A stretch of 64,000 nt of DNA from Acidobacteriota bacterium (GTDB lineage Bacteria > Acidobacteriota > Terriglobia > Acidiferrales > UBA7541). Location of the stretch: contig PMAA01000142.1 in the NCBI GenBank assembly GCA_003152355.1, positions 2,003 to 66,002 of the forward strand. The letters run 5' to 3'. Numbering within the stretch: position 1 is the stretch's first letter; each line of letters begins with the position of its first letter. A model generated the notes under the pieces. It ran no database searches. It worked only from the letters and a program-made list of their open reading frames with translations, and was not told the origin of the DNA. Position numbers and translations under genes: made by a program. Below, in pieces: positions 37,979-46,853 of the stretch.

Positions 37979-38728
37979 ATGTCAGGACATTCGAAGTGGG
38001 CAACAATCAAGCACAAGAAGGCCGCCACTGACGCCAAGCGCGGCAAAGCCTTCACCAAGATTATCCGAGAACTCTCCATTGCGGCGCGCTCGGGCGGCGC
38101 TGATCCTGATTCGAATCCACGCTTGCGCACCGCCATCCAGGCTGCCAAGAACGAGAACATGCCCAACGACAACATCGAGCGCGCGATCCTGCGTGGCACC
38201 GGGCAGCTCGAAGGCGAACAACTCGAAGAAGTCATGTTCGAAGGCTACGGTCCGGGCGGTGTCGGGTTGCTCGTGTCCGTGGTGACGAGCAATCGCAACC
38301 GCACGGTTGGCGAGCTTCGCCACATGCTCTCGAAAAATGGCGGCAACATGGCTGAGACCGGCGCGGTCGGCTGGATGTTCCAACGTAAGGGCGACATCAT
38401 TGTTCCGAAAACTGCCGCCGATGAAGACAAGATGATGGGCATTGTCCTCGACGCCGGCGCGGAAGATTTGCGCGACGACGGTTCGGCGTGGGAAGTCACA
38501 ACGCCTCCCGAAGCCTTCGAAAAAGTTCGTGATGCGCTCGCCGCCGCGGGCATCAAGCCAGATACCGCCGAAGTTTCCTGGGTGCCGCAAAATTACGTCA
38601 AGCTTGCCGGCCAGCAGGCGCAGCAGATGATACGCCTGGTGGAAACTCTCGAAGAGTACGACGACGTTCAGCACGTATACGCCAATTTCGACGTGGACGA
38701 GTCCGAGATTCAAGCTGCCATCGCGTAA
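37979..38728 (+). CDS. yebC: YebC/PmpR family DNA-binding transcriptional regulator
   Basis: MSGHSKWATIKHKKAATDAKRGK N-terminus. Start trimmed to ATG 37979. Sits upstream of ruvC, as in many bacteria. Confidence 0.9.
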   Translation: MSGHSKWATIKHKKAATDAKRGKAFTKIIRELSIAARSGGADPDSNPRLRTAIQAAKNENMPNDNIERAILRGTGQLEGEQLEEVMFEGYGPGGVGLLVSVVTSNRNRTVGELRHMLSKNGGNMAETGAVGWMFQRKGDIIVPKTAADEDKMMGIVLDAGAEDLRDDGSAWEVTTPPEAFEKVRDALAAAGIKPDTAEVSWVPQNYVKLAGQQAQQMIRLVETLEEYDDVQHVYANFDVDESEIQAAIA

Positions 38729-38814
38729 CGCACGCCGCTAGTGCCGTTCGCGGCGCGTCATCGCGAAAAACCACTACCCCCGCTCGAAGCCCCGCACGTA
38801 CACTTACGGTCGGC

Positions 38815-39423
38815 ATGGCGGTGTCTGACACCAACGGAAAATTGCGCGTCCTCGGCGTGGATCCTGCGGTTGCGGGCGCGACGGGCTTCGCGATTGTCGA
38901 AGTCAACGCTTCCTCGTCGGCGCGCTCGCTCCGTTTTGGCGCACTGAAGCTGCCCGCGCGCGCAACATTCGCAGCGCGGCTCCGCGATATTCACCAGCTC
39001 ATTGTCGGCCTCCTCGAGGAATATTCGCCTGATGCTGTCGCGGTCGAATCCGTATTCACGGCGCTCAATATGCGTACCGCACTGAAACTTGCGGAAGTTC
39101 GCGGCGTTGTTCTGCTGGCCGCGGCGCAGGCGAGTGTTCCCGCGCATAGCTATTCCCCGCGCGAAGTGAAAGCCAGCATCGCGGGCTATGGCGCGGCGAC
39201 AAAGCAGCAAATGCAGCAAATGGTCAGCGTCCAATTGGGATTGCTCGAGTGGCCGGAGCCACCCGACGCGGCCGATGCGCTCGCCGTCGCGCTTTGCCAC
39301 GCGCACGCGGCATTCGCTCAAGCACGCATGGAAGCGGCAATGGCGCCGCGCGTAACCTTTCCGCAATTAGCGCCGGCGCCGCGGAACCAATCGCGGAATG
39401 TTCGCGTCCAATCCATTCGATGA
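38815..39423 (+). CDS. ruvC: crossover junction endodeoxyribonuclease RuvC
   Basis: LRVLGVDPAVAGATGFAIVE and ...DAADALAVALCHAH motifs. About 35-aa C-terminal extension. Confidence 0.9.
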   Translation: MAVSDTNGKLRVLGVDPAVAGATGFAIVEVNASSSARSLRFGALKLPARATFAARLRDIHQLIVGLLEEYSPDAVAVESVFTALNMRTALKLAEVRGVVLLAAAQASVPAHSYSPREVKASIAGYGAATKQQMQQMVSVQLGLLEWPEPPDAADALAVALCHAHAAFAQARMEAAMAPRVTFPQLAPAPRNQSRNVRVQSIR

Positions 39424-40109
39424 ATACTTCGCATTCGCCCCTTCGCTTCATTCCGCGCTCGTGCCTCGCCGCATCCGTTCTTGCGGCGATCGCGCTGCCG
39501 CTTTTCTTCTCCGCACCGGCCCGCGGCGCCGGCGAACCAGCTACAGTGACGTTTCGCAAGATCTTCAAGACGAGCTATCCGGAATTCGTCGAGATCAAAA
39601 TCAGCGAAGTGGGCAGCGCGACCTACGACATTCGCCAGCTCGACGAGCAACCGAGTCCTCAGCCATTCGAAATCAATCGCGCGCTTGTGGACCGCGTCTT
39701 CCAGCTCGCGGCGCAGCTTCATGATTTCAACGGCGTGAATCTCGACGTCCATCGGCGTATCGCCAATCTCGGAGAGAAAACATTTCGCTACGAAAAAGGC
39801 GGCGAAGCTCACGAAGTCACATTTAATTACACGCTCGACGGCACCGCCAATCAGCTTCTCGATATCTTCGAAGGCCTCGGCCGGCAGCAAGTGGACATGG
39901 ACAATCTTCAGCGCGCCATGCGCTACGATCGCCTCGGCGTGAACGATGCGCTCCTGCGTCTTGAAGGCGACTACAACAACAAGCTTATCCCCGCGCCCGA
40001 ACGCCTCCTGCCCACGCTCGACCAGCTCGCCTCTGACGAAAAATATCTCGACATGGCCCGCCAGCGCGCTCGCGGTCTTGCCAGCCGCATCCGCAATTCA
40101 CACACCTAG
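39420..40109 (+). CDS. hypothetical secreted protein
   Basis: ATG 39420 overlaps the ruvC stop (ATGA). Signal peptide ...AAIALPLFFSAPARGAG. No family recognised. Confidence 0.55.
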   Translation: MNTSHSPLRFIPRSCLAASVLAAIALPLFFSAPARGAGEPATVTFRKIFKTSYPEFVEIKISEVGSATYDIRQLDEQPSPQPFEINRALVDRVFQLAAQLHDFNGVNLDVHRRIANLGEKTFRYEKGGEAHEVTFNYTLDGTANQLLDIFEGLGRQQVDMDNLQRAMRYDRLGVNDALLRLEGDYNNKLIPAPERLLPTLDQLASDEKYLDMARQRARGLASRIRNSHT

Positions 40110-40236
40110 AAATAGGCCGCGAGGCTTGACCTCCCTTGCACAGAGGGCCACGATAGATGTGCCTGTCCCGCAACCTGCTTGAGTTCCGGCACGTCGAAAC
40201 AAGTGGAAAAAGGTGTCCCGCAAGAGGGGGACCGCC

Positions 40237-41850
40237 ATGAAACTCAGCCGTTCGCTCGTCATCTTTCTGGGCCTTACTTCCCTGGTTTTCGCTGCTTCGC
40301 TACGTGCGGATGAGAAAAGCTACAGCTACGCGCGCATCGTGCGCCTCAGTATGGTTCGCGGCGACGTGCAGATCACGCGATCGGGCTCGTCGGATTGGGA
40401 GGCCGGGATCCCCAACATGCCGATTCAACAGGGTTTCGCCGTCGGCACGAATAACGGCCGCGCGGAAATCGAATTTGAGAGCGGCGCAGCCATGTGGGTC
40501 GCGGAAAATACTGTGGTGCAGTTCACGGAGATGGCGCTTTCCGACGGCGGGCGAATCACGCGGCTTACGATCGCGCAGGGCACCGCATCATTTCAAGTGA
40601 AGCTCAGTGCGGGCGATGTTTTCGAAGTGAACGCGCCAAGTTTCCAAGTCACGGTCCCCAATCACTCCAAATTTCGCGTGGACTCATTCCGCGATGGAGC
40701 GTCGCTCAGCGTCTACGAAGGCGCCGCCAGCGTGAAGGATGGCGACGGCACCGAGATTGCCGGAGCCGGGAAGACTTTCGCGATTTGCGGCTCCGCGCCC
40801 GGCGACACCAAGCTGACGCCAAATCCCGGGAAGGATTCCTGGGACAGTTGGGTGAACTATCGCGCGGGAATTATTTTGAACGGCGCGAATCAAACGCAGC
40901 CCTACACCGACGCCCCTTTCAGCTACGGACTGAATGATCTTTCTTCATACGGCAACTGGTTTAATTGCGCGGGCTACGGCTATGGCTGGCAGCCGTGGGG
41001 CGCGAGCGCCGGATGGGCGCCGTTCTACAATGGCTATTTCGATTACTACAACGGACTCGGCTGGACATGGGTGAGCTTCGAGCCGTGGGGTTGGGCGCCG
41101 TATCACTTTGGTAGTTGGTCGTACGCGTCTTCATGCGGCGGCTGGATTTGGATGCCAGGCGGTTTTGGTTTCTGGAATGGCGCGCCGGTGATTTTTGGCC
41201 GCACGGGCAGCGGGAGAATCGGCTGGCGGCCGCGCCCGGTGCCGAATCCGCGTCGCTCCGAGCACTCGCTCTCGACCGCTTCGAATTCCTCGGTACATGG
41301 AAAATTTGGAGGCGTTCCGATCGTTGTTGGCGCTAAAGGCGGAATCGGCAATGGCTTCGCAACAGGAATTTTGCCGCCGGACAAAGCAGACGAGATCGTG
41401 GCAGTAATGGATGAGCCGCCCGGCAAGAATGGAAGAATTGGCGCGAACGAATTCGGTTGGCGCTCAAACTCGAAGCAGCCGTTCGCCGTTCCTACTGCCC
41501 GAAGTCTCGCCGCGCTTCGCGGAGGCGTGGCCTTTGACGCAAAAGAAAATCGCTTCGTGAATGCCGAAGCCGCGGCGGGAGTTTCGGAGAAATTGCCCGT
41601 CCTCGCCAACGGAATTCGCGAACCGCATGGAGTTCCGCATCAGCCTGAGCCCTCGTCATTTTCCTTCGAGAGAGAATCGGCAGCGGGAACATTTGCACCG
41701 GGACGCTCGGGAATCTCTGCCGCGACGTCGCATAGCGGCGAATTCTCGCACGGCAGCGAATCGTCGCACGGCTCATCCGACTCCGGCGGCTCGCACGGCG
41801 GCGGAAGTTCGTCGTCCTCTTCATCCGCTCCCGCCGCCCATTCTCATTGA
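40237..41850 (+). CDS. FecR-domain-like secreted protein with Trp/Gly/Tyr-rich region and Ser/Gly/His tail
   Basis: ATG 40237 with GAGGGGG upstream and a signal peptide. FecR-like beta region (VQITRSGSSDWEA...GRAEIEFESGAAMWVAENTVVQF), followed by WGW/YGY-rich and SGSH low-complexity segments. Confidence 0.6.
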   Translation: MKLSRSLVIFLGLTSLVFAASLRADEKSYSYARIVRLSMVRGDVQITRSGSSDWEAGIPNMPIQQGFAVGTNNGRAEIEFESGAAMWVAENTVVQFTEMALSDGGRITRLTIAQGTASFQVKLSAGDVFEVNAPSFQVTVPNHSKFRVDSFRDGASLSVYEGAASVKDGDGTEIAGAGKTFAICGSAPGDTKLTPNPGKDSWDSWVNYRAGIILNGANQTQPYTDAPFSYGLNDLSSYGNWFNCAGYGYGWQPWGASAGWAPFYNGYFDYYNGLGWTWVSFEPWGWAPYHFGSWSYASSCGGWIWMPGGFGFWNGAPVIFGRTGSGRIGWRPRPVPNPRRSEHSLSTASNSSVHGKFGGVPIVVGAKGGIGNGFATGILPPDKADEIVAVMDEPPGKNGRIGANEFGWRSNSKQPFAVPTARSLAALRGGVAFDAKENRFVNAEAAAGVSEKLPVLANGIREPHGVPHQPEPSSFSFERESAAGTFAPGRSGISAATSHSGEFSHGSESSHGSSDSGGSHGGGSSSSSSSAPAAHSH

Positions 41851-41872
41851 TCTGGCACCCATCGCACGCGAA

Positions 41873-41910
41873 CCCGGAGGCGGGACTCCGGGCGCAAATA
41901 ATAAATTTTT
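41873..41910 (+). terminator. candidate terminator after the FecR-like gene
   Basis: CCCGGAG-GCGGGA-CTCCGGG hairpin, then an A/T-rich stretch ending in TTTTT. Confidence 0.4.
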
Positions 41911-42024
41911 GCGGTGTTTTCCTCCTCAATTCAGAGCGCCGAGGCTCCCGCCTCGGGGAAAACGTGCCCACCTTCACACATGAAACCTACGGCTCGAATG
42001 ACCTTGTCCATGACGATCCGTCCT

Positions 42025-42834
42025 TCACGTAACCATGACGCCCGCGTAACCAACCACCCAATCGCGATCGCCGCTCACGTCGGCTGACGTCGCATACGCG
42101 ACCAATTCCGCGCGCGTCGCCCCCAATTCGCGCGCTGCCGTCAACATGGCCACCACAGGCGCATACCCGCACATCGAAATCCCCTTCGACCGCACGACGT
42201 CGTGAAGGCCGCGGGCATCGAGCTCAAGAATCTTATCAATCGCCAGCCGGTCCTTCACGCGCGTGATTTCATCGCTCTCGTAGTGATTCATGTCCGAGCT
42301 CGTCACTATGAGCACGGGCTCGCTCTGCGCTGCGATGACTTTCGCAATCGCGCGTCCCAGCAACTCGAGCGTCTCGAGACGATCCGTCCCGAGCACGACG
42401 GGAACAAATTCGAAATCCGGCGCGAGCATCTGCAGAAATGGGAGCTGGACTTCGAGCGAGTGCTCGGTGCTATGCGCGGTTTCATCCTCGCGCAGCGACG
42501 GGAAAGCGCGTTTCAAATCGGCGGCTAGCCCTTCGTCAATCTTTGCGTTTCCGAGCGGTGTGCTCCACGCGCCCTCGGACAGAATCGCGAGCGCCTCGCC
42601 GCGCGGAAAATGCCGCGGGCCGATGAGCACCAGTTTTCGAGGAATTTCGAGCGCGCCGTAAACCTGTCCCGCGACCATTCCTGAATACATGTATCCGGCG
42701 TGCGGAACAATGCAGGCGATCGCCTTGCTTTTTTCTGGAGACTTGCCTGCTAATTTATCTACCGCGGAACGAAGTTCATCCGGATCGCCGGGATAAAACC
42801 GGCCGGCGACGGCAGCGGGGCGAAGCATGGTCAT
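42025..42834 (-). CDS. AmmeMemoRadiSam system protein B (MEMO1-like)
   Basis: AVAGRFYPGDPDEL and IVPHAGYMYSG motifs characteristic of the Memo family. Confidence 0.85.
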   Translation of the reverse strand: MTMLRPAAVAGRFYPGDPDELRSAVDKLAGKSPEKSKAIACIVPHAGYMYSGMVAGQVYGALEIPRKLVLIGPRHFPRGEALAILSEGAWSTPLGNAKIDEGLAADLKRAFPSLREDETAHSTEHSLEVQLPFLQMLAPDFEFVPVVLGTDRLETLELLGRAIAKVIAAQSEPVLIVTSSDMNHYESDEITRVKDRLAIDKILELDARGLHDVVRSKGISMCGYAPVVAMLTAARELGATRAELVAYATSADVSGDRDWVVGYAGVMVT

Positions 42835-42905
42835 CGAGGCGTGATTTCGCAGCGCTCTCGGGCGCGAGTCGAAGATTCTACCGGGAGAATTCCGGCGCCA
42901 CAGGC

Positions 42906-43277
42906 TCAGATTGGCCGCGACGGCTTGCCTTTAATCGCGAGCGCAACAGTGTGGCCTGATTGAAAACGAACTTTGATCGCATCGCCGCGCAGGTAGCCGC
43001 CGGCATTGAGCACTTTTTGCATTTGCTGCGCGGCCTTCGGGCCGTAAGTGAACGTGTGCAGGGCCATTTCGTTCCCGGCCTCACGCACCGTCAATGTGTT
43101 GTGGTCTGCGCGAACCACTTCCGCGTTCATCCAGAGCGGCTTCACTTTCTGCTGCTTCACCACCATCGGGGCGGACGAGTCCATCTGCGCGCGCGCCGAT
43201 GGAGCCGCGGCGGCAAGCGCAGCGAGCGCCAGGCCCAGCGCCGCAAATCGCAACCGGTAGCGCTTAATCTTTGTCAT
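42906..43277 (-). CDS. hypothetical secreted protein
   Basis: Signal peptide RFAALGLALAALAAAAPSARAQ. No family recognised. Confidence 0.5.
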   Translation of the reverse strand: MTKIKRYRLRFAALGLALAALAAAAPSARAQMDSSAPMVVKQQKVKPLWMNAEVVRADHNTLTVREAGNEMALHTFTYGPKAAQQMQKVLNAGGYLRGDAIKVRFQSGHTVALAIKGKPSRPI

Positions 43278-43608
43278 CGAGTGAAATTTTTAGCGAGCGC
43301 AGAAACTTGATGTCCTGCGGCGTTATCTCCAGCTTCGGCAGCTGATCGTCATCGTCGTCCTCGAGCATTTCGTCGTCCACGCGGATCCGAAGAGATTCGA
43401 GGAAGCGGCGATCCTGCCAGGTCATTTTCGAGGCGTCTGATTCGCGCCTGGCAAGGCCGATCGTCGCGTCGAGCTTCAACACGATGTCGTACCCCGCAGA
43501 TCTCACGCCGGCGATGGCTTCCGAAATCCGGTCGGATTCGGAAACCGAATCGTTGATGGCATGGCCAAGTTCTTTCAGGAGTTTTTTCAGCCGGTCGTCG
43601 AGTTGCAA
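43264..43608 (-). CDS. hypothetical acidic protein with internal repeat
   Basis: TTG 43608 with GGAGG 8 nt upstream. Two copies of the motif T-x-QD-xx-FL-x-SL-x-I-x(0-1)-DD. 14-nt overlap with the downstream gene. Confidence 0.45.
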   Translation of the reverse strand: MQLDDRLKKLLKELGHAINDSVSESDRISEAIAGVRSAGYDIVLKLDATIGLARRESDASKMTWQDRRFLESLRIRVDDEMLEDDDDDQLPKLEITPQDIKFLRSLKISLDDKD

Positions 43609-43766
43609 GGGCCTCACCTCCGCTACGGGGTGTCCTAGCCCGATTCTATTGCGGCACCGCGCCCCGCACAAGCCTTCTCTCGCCCGTTGCTTCGTGCAAT
43701 TACCTGCCCAGTCGCACAGGGTTACGGCTGTCACTCGCGCGCCGCGAGTTGTACTAGAATGGCGTG

Positions 43767-44024
43767 ATGGGAATTGACTGGATTGCGGCGGCGTGGCGGT
43801 CGGCGATGACCGTCCTGCGCGTATTCTGGAAAGCGGCGCGGCAGCTTTTCCATGAAATGACTGGGACGCTGTTTGCGCTCTTCGCCATCTCGGGCGCTAT
43901 AGCCATATGGCGGCTATGGAGTAACGCACGCATCCCGTGGCTGCTAGCAGCGGCGGCCGCGTACACGATCACGATGCTCTACTTCTCGGTAACATCGTTC
44001 CGGAGCGCGCGCCGCGTCCGCTGA
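43767..44024 (+). CDS. hypothetical small membrane protein
   Basis: Two hydrophobic segments. The stop overlaps the mutase ATG (TGATG). Confidence 0.4.
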   Translation: MGIDWIAAAWRSAMTVLRVFWKAARQLFHEMTGTLFALFAISGAIAIWRLWSNARIPWLLAAAAAYTITMLYFSVTSFRSARRVR

Positions 44025-45682
44025 TGCCCTCGAAATCAAAAAGGCCCCCGGCCCACTCTGTATCCCGCCCCGCATCCTCCAAAGAGGAAAAGGCTGCCAC
44101 GACAAGCGGCTTGCCTCTGCCGGTTGTCGTCACGGCCAACGACTTAGTTCCGTCACACGAGGCTAAATGGGATCCCGAGCGCGAGCTCGGCTATCCTGGC
44201 GAATTTCCGTTCACGCGTGGCGTCTATCCGACCATGTACCGAGGCCGGCTCTGGACCATGCGCCAATACGCAGGCTTCGGCTCCGCTGCGGAATCGAACG
44301 AGCGCTACCGTTACTTGCTCGCGCGCGGGCAAACGGGGCTGAGCGTTGCATTCGATCTCCCAACACAGATCGGCATGGACTCCGACCACGCACTCGCGCA
44401 AGGCGAAGTGGGCAAGGTCGGCGTGGCAATCGATTCGCTCGAGGACATGCAGACGCTCTTCAACGGCATTCCGCTCGATCGCGTCTCGACCTCGATGACC
44501 ATCAATTCAACGGCGGCTATTCTGCTCGCGCTCTACGTTGCCGTGGCGAAACAGCAGGGCGCGGACCTGCGGCGCCTTTCCGGCACGGTCCAGAATGACA
44601 TCCTGAAGGAATACAGTTCGCGCGGGACGTACATCTATCCCGTGCGCCCTGCGATGCGAATCGTCACGGATATCTTCGCGTGGGCCCGCAACGAGATTCC
44701 CAACTGGAACCCAATTTCAATTTCCGGGTATCACATCCGCGAAGCGGGCTCGACGGACGTGCAGGAAGTGGCGTTCACGCTCGGCGACGGAATCGCCTAC
44801 GTGGAAGCGGCCGTGGCTACGGGGTTGGCGGTGGACGATTTCGCGCCGCAGTTGTCGTTCTTCTTCAACGCGCACAACGAATTTCTCATGCAAGTGGCGA
44901 AGTTCCGCGCGGCGCGACGCCTTTGGGCGCGCATTATGAGCGATCGATTCGGCGCAAAAGATCCGCGCTCGATGATGTTGCGCTTCCACGCGCAGACGGC
45001 CGGCTCGTCACTGACCGCGCAACAACCGGAAAACAATATCGTGCGCGTGGCGCTTCAGGCGTTGAGCGCGGTTCTGGGCGGCTGCCAATCGCTGCACGCC
45101 AACGGCCTCGATGAAGCGCTGGCGCTTCCCACCGAAAACGCCGCGACGATCGCCCTCCGCACGCAGCAGATCATCGCGCAGGAAAGTGGCGTCGCGAATA
45201 CGATTGATCCCTTTGCCGGTTCTTACGCGATCGAAAAACTCACGAACGAAATCGAAGCGGGGGCGCGCGCCTACATCGAAAAGATTGACGCGCTCGGAGG
45301 CATGCTCCGCGCAATCGAAACCGGTTTCGTGCAAGGCGAAATTCAGAAGGCCGCGTACGAGTATCAGCAGTCAGTCGAGACGGGAGAGCAAGTTGTGGTC
45401 GGCGTCAATCGCTACGTCGCCGCGGAAGAACACCCCATCCCCACGCTGCGAATGGACCCTGAAATCGAGCGCTCGCAAGTCGCCCGATTGAAATCGTTGC
45501 GTGAACGCCGCGATATCGCGAAGACGCAGGCCGCGCTGGCCGAAATCGAACGCCGCGCGAGAAGCGGCGAGAATCTGATGCCTGCCATCCTAACGGCCGT
45601 CGAATCGTTCGCAACGGTAGGAGAAATCTCCGACGCTCTTCGCCGAGCGTTCGGCGAATATCAAGAATCCGTCGTAATCTAA
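44024..45682 (+). CDS. methylmalonyl-CoA mutase family, catalytic (TIM-barrel) subunit
   Basis: [43 protein letters not shown] signature. No B12-binding domain is present in this ORF. Confidence 0.9.
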   Translation: MPSKSKRPPAHSVSRPASSKEEKAATTSGLPLPVVVTANDLVPSHEAKWDPERELGYPGEFPFTRGVYPTMYRGRLWTMRQYAGFGSAAESNERYRYLLARGQTGLSVAFDLPTQIGMDSDHALAQGEVGKVGVAIDSLEDMQTLFNGIPLDRVSTSMTINSTAAILLALYVAVAKQQGADLRRLSGTVQNDILKEYSSRGTYIYPVRPAMRIVTDIFAWARNEIPNWNPISISGYHIREAGSTDVQEVAFTLGDGIAYVEAAVATGLAVDDFAPQLSFFFNAHNEFLMQVAKFRAARRLWARIMSDRFGAKDPRSMMLRFHAQTAGSSLTAQQPENNIVRVALQALSAVLGGCQSLHANGLDEALALPTENAATIALRTQQIIAQESGVANTIDPFAGSYAIEKLTNEIEAGARAYIEKIDALGGMLRAIETGFVQGEIQKAAYEYQQSVETGEQVVVGVNRYVAAEEHPIPTLRMDPEIERSQVARLKSLRERRDIAKTQAALAEIERRARSGENLMPAILTAVESFATVGEISDALRRAFGEYQESVVI

Positions 45683-45698
45683 CCACCGGCAAATAGGC

Positions 45699-45781
45699 AA
45701 TCGTAGCGCCGGCATCTTGCCGGCGATTTTGTGCGACGCCACTGGGCGGAAAAACGCCGGCAAGATGCCGGCGCCACGATT
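45699..45781. repeat. inverted pair of REP-like hairpin elements (first copy doubles as the mutase terminator)
   Basis: AATCGTAGCGCCGGCATCTTGCCGGCG (45699-45725, followed by ATTTTGTG) has a near-identical reverse complement at 45755-45781. Each copy forms an 8-bp stem, CGCCGGCA/TGCCGGCG. Confidence 0.65.
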
Positions 45782-45888
45782 ACACACTCAGCAGTCGCGG
45801 GGCTTGGCCGGGCGCTCACGATCGCAAAATTCCAACCACGCGCTCTCTTACTTCATATTTCCACGCTATGGTATGTTTTCCCGTACAG

Positions 45889-46500
45889 ATGAAACTCATC
45901 CTCGCCTCCAGCTCTCCGCGCCGCGCCGAAATTTTACGCGCAGCAGGATTCTCGTTCGACGTTCTCCCCGCGGATATAGACGAAACTCTGCGGCCAGGCG
46001 AAGCCGCAACCGAATACGTCCGGCGCCTGGCTGAAAAGAAAGCGCGCACGGTTGCGCGCAAAATCGCGGCAGCCGAGCCGGACGCCACGGCAATCATCAT
46101 AGCTGCCGACACGACCGTGGTGGTGAACGGCGCGATTCTCGGAAAGCCGGAATCTACCTCGGACGCGCAAAGAATGCTCGAGCAGCTCAGCGGACGCACG
46201 CACGACATTTACACCGGCGTCGCACTTCTACGTTTGCCAGATGGCGTCGAGCGCATACTCGTTGATGTAACGCGCGTTGATTTTGCGGAGTTAAGCGTCC
46301 AGGAAATTGCGGACTACGTAGCCAGCGGCGAGCCTTTCGGCAAAGCAGGCGGTTACGCGATTCAGGGGCTCGGCGGGAGATTTGTAAAGCGGATCGAAGG
46401 CTGCTATTTCAACGTGATGGGCATGCCCCTCGGCCGTATCTATCAGGAACTTCGGAAAATCCAGGAAGAGACTGCGCCCGCTCGAACACACCTTACCTAG
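45889..46500 (+). CDS. maf: Maf-like nucleoside triphosphate pyrophosphatase
   Basis: LILASSSPRRAEIL and GGYAIQG motifs. ATG 45889 preferred over 45868. Confidence 0.85.
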   Translation: MKLILASSSPRRAEILRAAGFSFDVLPADIDETLRPGEAATEYVRRLAEKKARTVARKIAAAEPDATAIIIAADTTVVVNGAILGKPESTSDAQRMLEQLSGRTHDIYTGVALLRLPDGVERILVDVTRVDFAELSVQEIADYVASGEPFGKAGGYAIQGLGGRFVKRIEGCYFNVMGMPLGRIYQELRKIQEETAPARTHLT

Positions 46501-46559
46501 GCATCTACGAATAGGGAGCCACCACAGATTTGCGACCCTAGAGGCAATCGCCGCGGAGG

Positions 46560-46787
46560 TTAGGGCTTTGGTTCCGGAGTGCTCGGCGGGGGCGCCGTGG
46601 CAGGCGGAGTCGTTGTTGTCGTGGAAGCAGGGGGCGTTGTCGGGCTATCGCCGCCGCGCATGCCTTCTTTGAACTCGCGGATTCCCTGTCCCAAACCCTT
46701 CATCACTTCAGGAATCTTGCGGCCCCCGAACAGCACGAGAATCACCAGCGCCACAATCATCCAATGAAATGGGCTGAATTCACCCAT
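46560..46787 (-). CDS. tatA: twin-arginine translocase TatA/TatE family subunit
   Basis: MGEFSPFHWMIVALVILVLFGGRKIPEVMKGLGQGIREFK, the canonical TatA N-terminus. Confidence 0.9.
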   Translation of the reverse strand: MGEFSPFHWMIVALVILVLFGGRKIPEVMKGLGQGIREFKEGMRGGDSPTTPPASTTTTTPPATAPPPSTPEPKP

Positions 46788-46853
46788 ACTGCACCTGCCT
46801 TTCGAGTCCGAACCGCGGACACCATGCCAGACCGGGCCCGCCCACTGGCGTAG

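Noticed and set aside
45717-46034. ORFs translated across repeat regions (45590-45787, 45717-46034, 57853-58086, 63578-63775, 52273-52467, 36278-36463)
   Set aside because: They are built from palindromic REP-like modules, giving peptides such as AGKMPAPR and CHPERSEGSA, with no SD and no coding-like composition.
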